Part shown: piece after piece, positions 38,155 through 48,200 of the stretch | How positions within the stretch are numbered: the first letter of the stretch is position 1 | Layout of the letters: each line of letters opens with the position of its first letter | From: Robiginitalea sp. | GTDB taxonomy: Bacteria > Bacteroidota > Bacteroidia > Flavobacteriales > Flavobacteriaceae | DNA: 64,000 nucleotides | Assembly (NCBI GenBank): GCA_050289825.1 | Contig: JBNKGM010000006.1 | Span: forward strand, 13,298 to 77,297 | Reading direction: 5' to 3' | Program-made: the position numbers and the translations under genes | The notes under the pieces: model-generated | Told to the model about the DNA's origin: nothing | Seen by the model: the letters and a program-made list of their open reading frames with translations, nothing else | Database searches by the model: none

Positions 38155-38748
38155 ATGCAAATCACCTATATCCTATTCGATGATTTTGAGACCCTGGATG
38201 TTTTCGGCCCTGCGGAAATCTTCGGGCGACTGACAGATCTGTATCCCCAACGGTTTTACTCCCAGGATGGAGGCCTGGTAGGTAACCGGCATGGGGTTTC
38301 CGTGATGACGGAGCATTTGACGCAGGCTGAAAAGGAACCGGGCATCCTGCTTATACCCGGAGGGTACGGGACGCGAAAGGAGGTGGAAAATCATGCGCTG
38401 CTCGAAAGTATACGCGACTTCGCCCGGCGGAGTGACTATATCATGAGCGTTTGTACCGGGAGTGCCCTTTTGGCCCGGGCCGGCCTTTTGAACGGGAAGA
38501 GGGCCACCTCGAACAAACGGGCCTTTACCTGGGTGGCGTCCCAGGGCGATACCGTACTTTGGGACCGCAACGCCCGCTGGACGAAAGACGGCAAATACTA
38601 TACTTCCGCAGGGGTCAGTGCCGGCATGGATATGGCCTTGGGGTTCCTCTCCGACCGGCACGGGTTGGACTTCGCCCGAAACGTGGCCAACGAAATCGAA
38701 TACCACTGGGCGGAAGAAAAGGACCACGACACTTTTACGGCCCAATAA
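38155..38748 (+). CDS. DJ-1/PfpI family protein
   Basis: FETLDVFGP, LLIPGGYG, nucleophile SVCTGS and TSAGVSAGMDMAL. Confidence 0.9.
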   Translation: MQITYILFDDFETLDVFGPAEIFGRLTDLYPQRFYSQDGGLVGNRHGVSVMTEHLTQAEKEPGILLIPGGYGTRKEVENHALLESIRDFARRSDYIMSVCTGSALLARAGLLNGKRATSNKRAFTWVASQGDTVLWDRNARWTKDGKYYTSAGVSAGMDMALGFLSDRHGLDFARNVANEIEYHWAEEKDHDTFTAQ

Positions 38749-38844
38749 AATACCCGATTCACACATTGGCGGAAAAGGTCTCAATTTTTCATCCGGTCGG
38801 GCAACCGGAATCCCTATCTTTAGGGCGCAAAACCAACTACCCTG

Positions 38845-40830
38845 ATGAAACGCATTCTGACCCTGCTCCTGTGTTGCCCGCTGTTTGTTTTGCAGGCGCA
38901 GCAGGACAAGCACCCCATTACCATTGAAGACCTGCTCTCCCTCAAAAACATACGCGATGTCGAAATCAGCCCCGACGGGAAATGGCTTGCCTACACGGTG
39001 AGCGCCATCGACACGGCCAAAGACAAATCAACCACCCGCATCTGGATGATTCCCGCAGCAGGGGGCGACGCCATTCCCATGACGGGCGACTCCTACTCGG
39101 CCGGGAGCCCCCGCTGGAGCCCGGACGGGAAATACCTTTCCTTTACGGCGGCCAAGGGGGAAGATGCCAAAACCCAGGTCTGGACCCTGAACCGATTGGG
39201 TGGGGAAGCCGAGCAACTCACCAAGGTCAAACAAGGCGTATCGGGCTATGAATGGTCTCCTGACGGCAAGCGGCTGCTCCTGCTGATCCGCGACCCCAAA
39301 CCGGAAGAGCTCACCAAAGACAAAGAAGACGACAAAAAACCGAAGCCGCATGTTATAGACCGCCTCCAGTTCAAACAAGACTACACCGGGTACCTCGACC
39401 GCTACCGCACCCACCTGTACACCTTTGTGCCGGGTGATTCGACCGCCGTGCAAATCACCTCCGGCGACTACGACGACAGCAGCCCCGTCTGGCGACCCGA
39501 CGGCAAGGCCATTGCCTTTGTGAGCAACCGCACCGACAACCCCGACGGCAACGACAATTCGGATATCTGGGTCGTGCAGGCCGACAATACCGACAAGGGC
39601 CAGCACCTGCATCAGGTAACCACCAACGAAAACGCAGATACTTCGCCCCGCTGGAGCCCCGACGGGAAGCAACTGGCCTATAATACAGTAACCAACAAGG
39701 CCGCCATGTGGTATGCCACCCAAAAGCTTGCGGTAATTCCGGCCAGCGGGGGGCAACCCAGGCTGCTGGCCGAAAACCTCGACCGCAATATCAGCATGCC
39801 CCGGTTCGCCCCCGACGGCAAATCGATCTATTTTTTGCTGGAAGAAAACGGCCGGCAAGTGCTGGCCTCGATCAGCCCCACAGGCGAAAACTTCAAACGG
39901 GTTGTTAACGGGGATATAAGCATCAATGACTACGCCCTGCATCCCAATTTAACCGGGCTGTTGCTGGGGCGGAGCCTGGAACCGGCTGAAATATACAGCT
40001 TCCAGAACGGGGCCCTGAAAAAACTGACCACCACCAACGACGCACGGTTGGCCCAACTGCAACGGCCAACGGTAGAGCGCATCACCTTTAACAGTGCTGA
40101 CGGCACACCCGTGGAAGGCTTTGTGGTAAAACCCGCGGGTTTCACCCCCGGGGTCAGGTACCCGACCATCCTTTGGCTGCACGGGGGGCCGGTAAGCCAG
40201 TACGATCATTCGTTCCACCCGCCCAGCGAGTGGTTCGCGGCCAACGGGTATGTGACCCTGCTGCTGAACCCGCGTGGCTCTTCGGGCTACGGGCAGGCCT
40301 TTTGCCTGGCCCTCTTTGCCGACTGGGGCAACAAGGACTTCCAGGATGTAATGGCCGGGGTCGATTACGCCATACAGGCCGGCTATGCCGACCCCGACCG
40401 CCTGGGCGTGGGGGGCTGGTCGTACGGGGGTATCCTCACCAACTACGTCATCACCAAATCGGAACGATTCAAGGCCGCTGTATCAGGGGCAAGCGAAGCG
40501 CTGTACCGGGCGAACTACGGCCACGACCACTACCAGCGTACCTGGGAGGAGGAACTGGGCCTGCCCTGGGAAAACGCCGCCGCCTGGGAACGCATCTCGC
40601 CCTTCAACGACGTGGCGAAAATAACCACCCCCACCCTCTGGATGGGGGGTAGCGTCGACTGGAACGTCCCCATCCTGAACTCCGAACAGATGTATCAGGC
40701 CATGAAACGCCTGGGACGGGAAACCCAGTTGGTAGTCTACCCGGGCGAGCACCACGGCATTCGCCGGCCTACCTTCCAGAAAGACCGCATGCAGCGGTGG
40801 CTCGACTGGTTTGGGAAGTATTTGAAGTAG
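38845..40830 (+). CDS. S9 family (acylaminoacyl/dipeptidyl) peptidase with PD40 beta-propeller, exported
   Basis: Signal peptide, repeated WSPDGK motifs, catalytic GGWSYGG, DWNVP and GEHHG. Confidence 0.92.
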   Translation: MKRILTLLLCCPLFVLQAQQDKHPITIEDLLSLKNIRDVEISPDGKWLAYTVSAIDTAKDKSTTRIWMIPAAGGDAIPMTGDSYSAGSPRWSPDGKYLSFTAAKGEDAKTQVWTLNRLGGEAEQLTKVKQGVSGYEWSPDGKRLLLLIRDPKPEELTKDKEDDKKPKPHVIDRLQFKQDYTGYLDRYRTHLYTFVPGDSTAVQITSGDYDDSSPVWRPDGKAIAFVSNRTDNPDGNDNSDIWVVQADNTDKGQHLHQVTTNENADTSPRWSPDGKQLAYNTVTNKAAMWYATQKLAVIPASGGQPRLLAENLDRNISMPRFAPDGKSIYFLLEENGRQVLASISPTGENFKRVVNGDISINDYALHPNLTGLLLGRSLEPAEIYSFQNGALKKLTTTNDARLAQLQRPTVERITFNSADGTPVEGFVVKPAGFTPGVRYPTILWLHGGPVSQYDHSFHPPSEWFAANGYVTLLLNPRGSSGYGQAFCLALFADWGNKDFQDVMAGVDYAIQAGYADPDRLGVGGWSYGGILTNYVITKSERFKAAVSGASEALYRANYGHDHYQRTWEEELGLPWENAAAWERISPFNDVAKITTPTLWMGGSVDWNVPILNSEQMYQAMKRLGRETQLVVYPGEHHGIRRPTFQKDRMQRWLDWFGKYLK

Positions 40831-40849
40831 AGGATTTGAAGAGGTGAAC

Positions 40850-40939
40850 ATGAAACAGTTCCGCAACTCGGGCCGCATCGTCATCGTTATTGTGCTGGTG
40901 CTGATGATGCTGTTGTTTATTTTGAGGAAGCTTCTTTAG
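40850..40939 (+). CDS. Putative 29-aa single-pass membrane microprotein
   Basis: Manual translation MKQFRNSGRIVIVIVLVLMMLLFILRKLL*, 19 nt after the S9 stop. Not in the ORF track. Confidence 0.45.
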   Translation: MKQFRNSGRIVIVIVLVLMMLLFILRKLL

Positions 40940-41070
40940 GGAGCCCCCTCCCCTCGGGAACAAGATACAGCCTATCGCTGCTCTTGCCTTGCAGCATCAA
41001 TAGGACGCCAGGGTTTGGAACATCAGACGGCTTGTACGTAACTTTGCACCCGTCTACCAGTAGTACCACC

Positions 41071-41574
41071 ATGAAACTTACCTGGGTTTTATTGGCCTGC
41101 CTCTTGCCGTCTCTCCTGCCGGCACAGCCCACAGCAGCAGAAAACAACACCCCGCTTCCCGAGGATTCCCTGCACATGCTCGTCGACTCCCTTGCTGCGG
41201 TGAATGAATTGCACGGCCCCTACGTGGGTTTCTCAGGCACGGTTACCAGGCAGTACCTTAACTTTCAGGAACTGGTCGAAAAAGCAGAGGCGCCAACGCT
41301 GCTGGAATTCACCCAACATCAGAATGCCGTGGTGCGCGGTTATGCCTTTTGGGGGCTGGCCCGCAAGCAATATGAAAGCCTGGATTCGGTGTTGCTCGCC
41401 CATGCCCGAGATGAGGATCTGATCCGGGTACTGCAGGGGGGCATGGTCACAGAACTGCCGCTTGTCGATTTTTTGCAGTGGGTGGTGAACCCTGAATTGA
41501 TGGACGGGGATTCCAAGAAATTGGACAACAGCGTCCTTGAAAAAGTGGCGGAGCTCCGGTTTTCAGATCGGTAG
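41071..41574 (+). CDS. Hypothetical exported protein (helical, HEAT-like segment)
   Basis: Signal peptide MKLTWVLLACLLPSLLPA. TAACTTTG promoter box at 41039-41046 supports this start. Confidence 0.65.
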   Translation: MKLTWVLLACLLPSLLPAQPTAAENNTPLPEDSLHMLVDSLAAVNELHGPYVGFSGTVTRQYLNFQELVEKAEAPTLLEFTQHQNAVVRGYAFWGLARKQYESLDSVLLAHARDEDLIRVLQGGMVTELPLVDFLQWVVNPELMDGDSKKLDNSVLEKVAELRFSDR

Positions 41575-41792
41575 ACCATTCCATTCCCCACCCCCGCCCA
41601 TAACCAAAATAACCCTCCAGTCTGCAAGCGCCCAGCACGCCCTTCCGCGACCAAAAACTTATGATTTAGGCAGCCCACCCCCGGGGATTGGTTGCTGGCC
41701 CCGACGGGCCATCTCCTCCCCTCTCCTGCAACATCAAATCATTGCAGATTCAGGAGCTGCGAACTTCCAAAAATATGCAGCAAAATAAGCGC

Positions 41793-43079
41793 TTACCGCA
41801 CCGGGATACGGAGGGTGATTAACCCAGCCAGCAAGGTGGGAATGGCAAAGAGCAAAAAGTTGGTGGTCAGCAAAAGGCCCAGGCCGATAAGCCACCCCCC
41901 GATCAAGGGGCCTGCGATGCCGCCGAAGCGCCCGGCCCCCATGGCCCAGCCCACCCCGGTGGTTCGGATGCGGGTGGGGTAAATGCGCGCAGCCACGGCA
42001 TAAAGCCCCACAAAACCGCCCTGTATGCCAAAGCCCAGCAGCCCCAGGATAAGCAACACCCAATTGGTGCCGGTAAACCAGCCGAAAGCGGCCATTAGGG
42101 CCGAGGTGGCCAGAAAGATGATGCCAATGGTTCGTCTCAGGCCAAAGCGGGACGAAATATACCCCTGCACCAAAATGCCGACAAAGGCCCCGGCATTGAA
42201 GACGGTGCCGGCATAAATAGCCAGTTCCATAGAGAGGCCGGCGTCACTGGCCAGCTTCGGAATCCAGCTGATCAGGAAGTACAGGGCCGAAAAGGCAAGG
42301 AATAACGCCCCCCACAACAGCCCGGTGGCCCGCCGGAATTCTGGTTTGAAAAGCGCCCCTGCAGGGATCTTGGCCCGGGGGGCGTTTTTTTCAGGCAGAT
42401 GTTCCAACAGGTCGCTCCCGAGGCGTAACAGGATGCGGTTTGCCCGGTGCAGGGCGCCCCTGGGCTGGGTGCTGAGCAGGTACTGCACCGATTCGGAGAG
42501 CAAAAGAAACGCCAGGGGAAAAGCCGCCATGGAAGCCATCCCTGCAAGGCGAAACAGTTGTCTCCATCCTTCGGCCGGCACGATCTCGGCCGCCGCAATC
42601 CCCGAGACGATGGCGCCAATCGGATAGCCGGCCACCACGAAACTCACCCAGAAATCCCGGTTTTTATCGGGGGTAAACTCGGCAGTGAGAGCCGTGGTGC
42701 TGGCCAGCATGCTGCCGATGCCCAGCCCGCTCAGAAAACGGTACAAAAGCAATTCGGGAACTGAACCTGCATAGGCCGACACGTAGATACAAGTTCCCAT
42801 AATTATGGCACTGACCAGCACAATGGTTTTCCGGCCGAACCGGTCAGCCAGGGGGGCGATAAAAAAGGTGCCCAGGGTCATGCCGGCCAAACCGGCGCTG
42901 AAAACCACGCCAAGGGCTTCCGGGGAAATGGACCAATCGCGGGAAATGGCCGGTGCCGCATAGGAAATGATCAGCACGTCCATCCCGTCGAGCATGTTCA
43001 TGGCAAAGCACACCAGCACTGTGGCGTATTGCAGGGGCGACATGGGTTTTTCGGAAAACAGGTCTTTGGTGGCTGTCAT
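41793..43079 (-). CDS. MFS transporter, aromatic acid:H+ symporter (PcaK/BenK-like)
   Basis: NMLDGMDVLIISYAAP, LADRFGRK and YPTRIRTTGVGWA motifs. Confidence 0.88.
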   Translation of the reverse strand: MTATKDLFSEKPMSPLQYATVLVCFAMNMLDGMDVLIISYAAPAISRDWSISPEALGVVFSAGLAGMTLGTFFIAPLADRFGRKTIVLVSAIIMGTCIYVSAYAGSVPELLLYRFLSGLGIGSMLASTTALTAEFTPDKNRDFWVSFVVAGYPIGAIVSGIAAAEIVPAEGWRQLFRLAGMASMAAFPLAFLLLSESVQYLLSTQPRGALHRANRILLRLGSDLLEHLPEKNAPRAKIPAGALFKPEFRRATGLLWGALFLAFSALYFLISWIPKLASDAGLSMELAIYAGTVFNAGAFVGILVQGYISSRFGLRRTIGIIFLATSALMAAFGWFTGTNWVLLILGLLGFGIQGGFVGLYAVAARIYPTRIRTTGVGWAMGAGRFGGIAGPLIGGWLIGLGLLLTTNFLLFAIPTLLAGLITLRIPVR

Positions 43080-43101
43080 GAGATGCGAGGGGTTCGGCCC
43101 G

Positions 43102-43635
43102 TCAGTTTACTTTCCACACCTGTATAAGTACATGGTCGGGTTCCTTTATGCCGCGGCAGATAAACAGGGCATTGTTCATCCAGCCGTATTTGCCTTCGGG
43201 GGCCGAAAACTGGGGAGCGGCCCGAAAGTAGTACTCCGAGTCGGGCACCGTCTCACCCCGCCCGATACGGGCCGCCACCTCCGGACTGGCCACGCGAAGT
43301 CCGGTATTTTTGATGTAGATGGTAACCCCGTCATCGGTCACAAACTGGTAATGCGCCTCGAGCTCGGCCACACCGTCGCTGCGTACCACCTGCCAGTCGG
43401 CCCCGCCGTTCACTATTTTACCATGGATCAGGGGGCCTTCCACCGTGCCTCCCGTAATGGGGATTATCCGGCGCAGCCCGTGGGGGGTGGGCCCTACCAC
43501 CATGGGGGTGTCAAGAAGCACCCGCAGCTGGCAGACAAATTCCAGCCCGGGGGCCTGGGGGGTATCTTGTGCCTGTGTTGTCATCACTGCAGCTAAAAGT
43601 AGGCATTTCGCCAGTATGCTATAAAATCGTCTCAT
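43102..43635 (-). CDS. DUF3237 domain protein with N-terminal signal peptide
   Basis: RRIIPITGGTVEG, GGADWQ, DGVTIYIKNTG, YFRAAPQF; overlaps the stop of the monooxygenase gene. Confidence 0.85.
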   Translation of the reverse strand: MRRFYSILAKCLLLAAVMTTQAQDTPQAPGLEFVCQLRVLLDTPMVVGPTPHGLRRIIPITGGTVEGPLIHGKIVNGGADWQVVRSDGVAELEAHYQFVTDDGVTIYIKNTGLRVASPEVAARIGRGETVPDSEYYFRAAPQFSAPEGKYGWMNNALFICRGIKEPDHVLIQVWKVN

Positions 43636-44864
43636 CCCTTTGCGTTTAAGGATTCCTTGTCAAAGCCGGCGATCTTCTTGTACCGGCTCATTATGCCCGC
43701 CAATTCCTGATGGGGTATTTGGTCGGGGGTAAAGCCATTGGGGAAGCGGTCTTCCATCATGTCCATCACCTCGTCGGGGCCTTTGGCCCGGTTTTGTTGC
43801 ACTACCCGGCTGGTGGCGGGAAGCCGGTCTGCCTCATAAGCCTTCAGGGCTGCGGCGTTTGCCCCGTACTTGAATAGGCATTCCACAAGGCATTCCCCAT
43901 CGAGTACGGCCTGGGAGGCCCCGTTGGAGCCGATGGGATACATGGGGTGGGCGGCGTCTCCCAGCAGGGTAACCCTCCCGAAACTCCACTGCCCGAGTGG
44001 GTCGCGGTCAGACATGGGAAATTCGTAAACCGCCTCTGCCCCGGAGATCATGGTGGGTACATCAAGCCAGTCGAATTGCCACCCGGCGTAAAGTTTTACA
44101 AGACGGGCTTTGTCGGCCCGGCGGTTCCAATCCCTCTCGGTAAGGGACGAGGCGCCTTCCCTCAGGTTGGCTACCCAGTTGGTCAGGGAGCAGCCCGAAG
44201 CGTCTGGCAGGCCGATGGGGTATACCACCATTTTCTGGCGCATACTGCCGATCATCACCATGGTGCGCCCGTCCAGGAAGGGCGGCATGTGGGTGGTGCC
44301 CCGGTACAACACGTTCTGGGAATACACAGGCGGGCCTTCATCGGGATACAACCGGCTCCTTACGGCCGAACTGATGCCGTCGGCCCCGATTAGCAAACTG
44401 CCCCTTGCGGTTTCGGTTTCGGCCCCGGTCTCTTTATCTGTAAAATAGGCCGTAACCCCGTCGGCATCCTGCTCAAATCGGTGCAGGTGGCAGTTCATGC
44501 GAATGGCATCGGCCCCGAGCCTTTCCCGGGCAGCACCCAGCAAAGCCATTTGTAAGCCTCCCCGGTGGATCGAAAACTGGGGCCATTTGTAGCCCGCGGC
44601 CAGGCCCCTGGGTTCTGTCCAGTACGATTGACCCTGCCGGTTGTAATAGGCCAGGTTGGAAGTCTCGACGGCAATACCTGCCAGGGTCTTTTGCAGGCCC
44701 AGGTCGGTGAGCACGCGCACGCAGTGGGGCAGCAGGTTTATGCCGACCCCAAGGGGCTTGAGTTCCCGTACGGATTCATAAACAACCACCTCAAAACCTG
44801 CCTTATGAAGGGCCAGGGCCGTGGTGAGGCCGCCGATTCCGCCTCCGGCAATCAGGATTTTCAT
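43632..44864 (-). CDS. Class A flavin-dependent monooxygenase, PhzS-like
   Basis: GGGIGG, LGVGINLLP, SIHRGGLQM, GADGI, DRDP and LLGDAAHPMYPIGSNGASQA. Start ATG 44864 lies behind a TAGCTTTG box at 44909-44916. Confidence 0.88.
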   Translation of the reverse strand: MKILIAGGGIGGLTTALALHKAGFEVVVYESVRELKPLGVGINLLPHCVRVLTDLGLQKTLAGIAVETSNLAYYNRQGQSYWTEPRGLAAGYKWPQFSIHRGGLQMALLGAARERLGADAIRMNCHLHRFEQDADGVTAYFTDKETGAETETARGSLLIGADGISSAVRSRLYPDEGPPVYSQNVLYRGTTHMPPFLDGRTMVMIGSMRQKMVVYPIGLPDASGCSLTNWVANLREGASSLTERDWNRRADKARLVKLYAGWQFDWLDVPTMISGAEAVYEFPMSDRDPLGQWSFGRVTLLGDAAHPMYPIGSNGASQAVLDGECLVECLFKYGANAAALKAYEADRLPATSRVVQQNRAKGPDEVMDMMEDRFPNGFTPDQIPHQELAGIMSRYKKIAGFDKESLNAKG

Positions 44865-44968
44865 AGGGGTTGGCTTTGGTTCCGGGCAGGCCCCGGGGTG
44901 GGTTTTCCCAAAGCTATTAAAAAGATTTGATTGGAGTTTGACGGAAAGAACCCTCCGGTACAAGCCAT

Positions 44969-44997
44969 AAAAAAACCCCCGACCTCGCGGTCGGGGG
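44969..44997 (-). terminator. Intrinsic terminator after tRNA-Gln
   Basis: CCCCCGACC-GCGA-GGTCGGGGG followed by T7 on the minus strand. Confidence 0.85.
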
Positions 44998-45006
44998 CTT
45001 CCCCAG

Positions 45007-45077
45007 TTGGCCCACTAGGACTCGAACCTAGAATGACTGAACCAAAATCAGTAGTGTTACCATTACACCATGGGCCA
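45007..45077 (-). tRNA. tRNA-Gln (TTG); CCA not encoded
   Basis: Acceptor stem TGGCCCA/TGGGCCA, anticodon arm ACTGA-TTTTGGT-TCAGT, T-loop GGTTCGAGTCC. TAAATTTG promoter box at 45094-45101. Confidence 0.96.
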
Positions 45078-45245
45078 ATGGCTCAAGAGCGTGCAAATTT
45101 AAAATAAACTTTTATTACGCCAAACAAAATTTGCGGCATTTCACAGCACCTGCCGGGCCGTTTGCTGTTAAACCTTTATCAATTTAACGGGAGGGTCTGA
45201 ACCCTTTTTACTAAATTCGCCCCAACCCTGAAAAAGGAAGCGTTC

Positions 45246-48200
45246 ATGTTTGCGAAAAACTTCGAGAAGTGGGACACCCGCACAGGGTGGTTTGTTTTTT
45301 TTATAACCCTTGTAGTATACGGAATCACTACCGAACCCACGGGAAGTTTCTGGGATGCCGGGGAGTACATCTCCACCTCGGCCAAGCTGCAAGTAGCCCA
45401 CCCGCCCGGAGCGCCGTTCCTGCAGATGATGGGGGCCCTGTTTGCCCTCTTTGCCCCGGGGCCGGAATACGTGGCCCTGATGGTGAATTACATGTCGGGG
45501 GTTTCCTCGGCTTTCGCCATCCTCTTCATGTTCTGGACCATTACCAACCTGGCGCGCAAACTAACCGGAGGGGAAGAAGGGATGAGCAATCCGAAGGCCA
45601 TTGCCATTTTGGGCAGCGGCCTGGTGGGCTGCCTGGCCCTGACCTTTTCTGACAGTTTCTGGTTCAACGCCGTTGAAACCGAAGTGTACTCCATGGCCAG
45701 CCTCATCATGTCGCTGCTGCTTTGGCTGGGCCTGAAATGGACCGACAACCTCGACCACCCGCGCGGCAACCGGTACCTGATTTTGATCGCCTTTGTGGTG
45801 GGCCTCACCTTCGGGATCCAGTTTATGGGCTTTTTGGCCATTCCCTCCATTGGCCTGCTCTATTTTTTCAAGCGGTATCCGCAGATCACCCCTTTGAAAT
45901 TTATCCTGGCCAATGCCGCGGTTATCGGCATCCTGATCCTGGTCTATAAATTTTCCCTCACCTATGTACTCATGCTCTTCGGCTGGGGCGAGGTGTTTTT
46001 CATCAACGAGGTGGGCCTGCCCTTTAACTCGGGAACCATCTTAATCGGCCTGCTGTTTGCCGCCGCCTTTTACTGGGGCCTGCGCTATACCAGCAGGAAC
46101 AATTTTATCAATGCCAACACCCTGATCCTCTGCGGGCTGTTTATGTTCCTGGGCTTTTCGTCCTGGCTCATGCTGCCCATCCGGGCCAACGCCAACGTGG
46201 TGATAAACGAAAACAACCCCACCGATGCCCGGGCCCTGCTGGCTTACTACAACCGGGAACAATACCCGGGGGTAGACAGCCCTTTTTACGGTGCCTATTA
46301 CTCCGACCGCTTTGCCCCGGCCGGGCCAAACCGCGACGACAAACCGAAATACGAACGCGATGAGGCCCTGGGCAAATACGTGATCGTAAACAAATACAAA
46401 GATGCCATGCCCGGGCCCAACCCGGAGCACGTGGGCCTGATGCCCCGCATGTGGAGCGACCAGAACACCGAGAACTACATGAAGTATTTCGGGCCCCTGG
46501 ACTTTACCCTTACCGAGAACAATGCCGAACTCCGGGAGGCTGCCGATAAGCTGCGGCAGGGGCTTGCTGCCGGGGAGATCGACGAGGCCCAGTACATCAG
46601 CTTCCTGAGCCGTTTTGGCGACTACCTGAAGGTGCACCCGCCCACCCTTTGGCAAAACATCGACTACATGCTGCGCTTCCAGTTCGGCTATATGTACGCC
46701 CGTTATTTTATGTGGAATTTCGTGGGCAAGCAAGACGACAAACAGGGGCGGTACAACGGCAGCGGGGAATGGCTCAGCGGCATCGGCTTTATTGACGCCC
46801 TGCGCCTGGGCAGCCAAAACAACCTGCCCCAGGACAAACTCGACAACAGAGGCCGGAACACCTATTATTTCCTGCCCTTGCTGCTGGGCATTATCGGCCT
46901 GATTTTCCAGCTCGGCCGCAACCCGAAGCAGTTCTGGGTGCTGCTTGTGTTTTTCCTGTTCACGGGCCTCGCCATCCAGTTTTACACCAACCCATACATC
47001 TTCCAGCCCCGCGAGCGCGACTACTCCCTGGTGGGCTCGTTCTACATCTTTGCCATCTGGATCGGCCTGGGTGTGCTGGCACTTTTTGAAGAGTTCCGCA
47101 AATGGGTGCCGGGCAAGGTACTGGCCCCACTGGTTACGGTGGTTTCCCTGCTTGCGGTGCCCGTCTTGATGGCCCAGCAGAACTGGGACGACCACGACCG
47201 TTCGGGCCGCTACACCGCCAAGTCGACCGCCATGGCCTACCTCGACAGTTGCCAGGAAGATGCGGGCGCCATGCTGTTCACCATTGGAGACAACGACACC
47301 TTCCCGCTCTGGTATGCCCAGGAAATCGAAAATTACCGCACCGACGTGCGAATTATCTGCACGGCCCTGTTCGCCACCGACTGGTACGTAGACCAGATGA
47401 AGCGGAAGGCCTACAGCTCAGACCCCATCCCATCTCAGCTCACGCACGAGCTGTACCGCTATGGCAGCCGAGATGTGATCTACCACCAGAAGCTCACCGA
47501 GAACCGCTGGGACATCAAGGATTTCATGAACTGGATTGCCAGCGACCGGCCTGAAACCAAACTGAAGTCATACCTCGAGCGCATGGGCGCCGAACTTTCG
47601 GAGTACCCGGAGAGCACCCTGGAAACGGTGTTCTACCCGACCAACAAGATACGGGTGCCGGTAAACAAGGAAAATGTGCTGAAATCGGGCCTGGTCAAGG
47701 AAAAAGACTCGGCACTGATCGTCGACTACATCGACATTGACCTGCCCGGCGTGCTGCCGAAAAACCGCATCCTGATGCTCGACATCCTGGCGAACAACGA
47801 CTGGAAGCGGCCCATCTACTTTTCGGGGGGCAGCTTTGAGCGGGCCGAATACCTGTGGATGAAAGAATACCTGCAACTCGACGGCCTTACCTACAAACTG
47901 GTGCCCATCCGCACCGAGAACCGGAATGGCTATGAAATGGGCCGTATCGATACAGACCTGATGTACGACATCGTGATGAAATGGGACTGGGGCAACTCGG
48001 GCAACCCCGACATTTACATCGACCCCCAGACGCGCTCTCAGGGGTTGTCGTTCCGCGCCAACCTGGCCCGCCTGGTGGAGACCCTCATCGACGAGGGCAA
48101 AATTGACAAGGCCAAGGCCGTAATCGACCTGGCCATGACCAACCTTCCTGTGCAGCAATTTGAATTCTACGCCTTTGTGGAACCCTTTATCGACGGGTAT

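Noticed and set aside
38040-45077. Prophage or integrative element at tRNA-Gln
   Set aside because: No integrase, no att duplication and no phage or conjugation genes seen.
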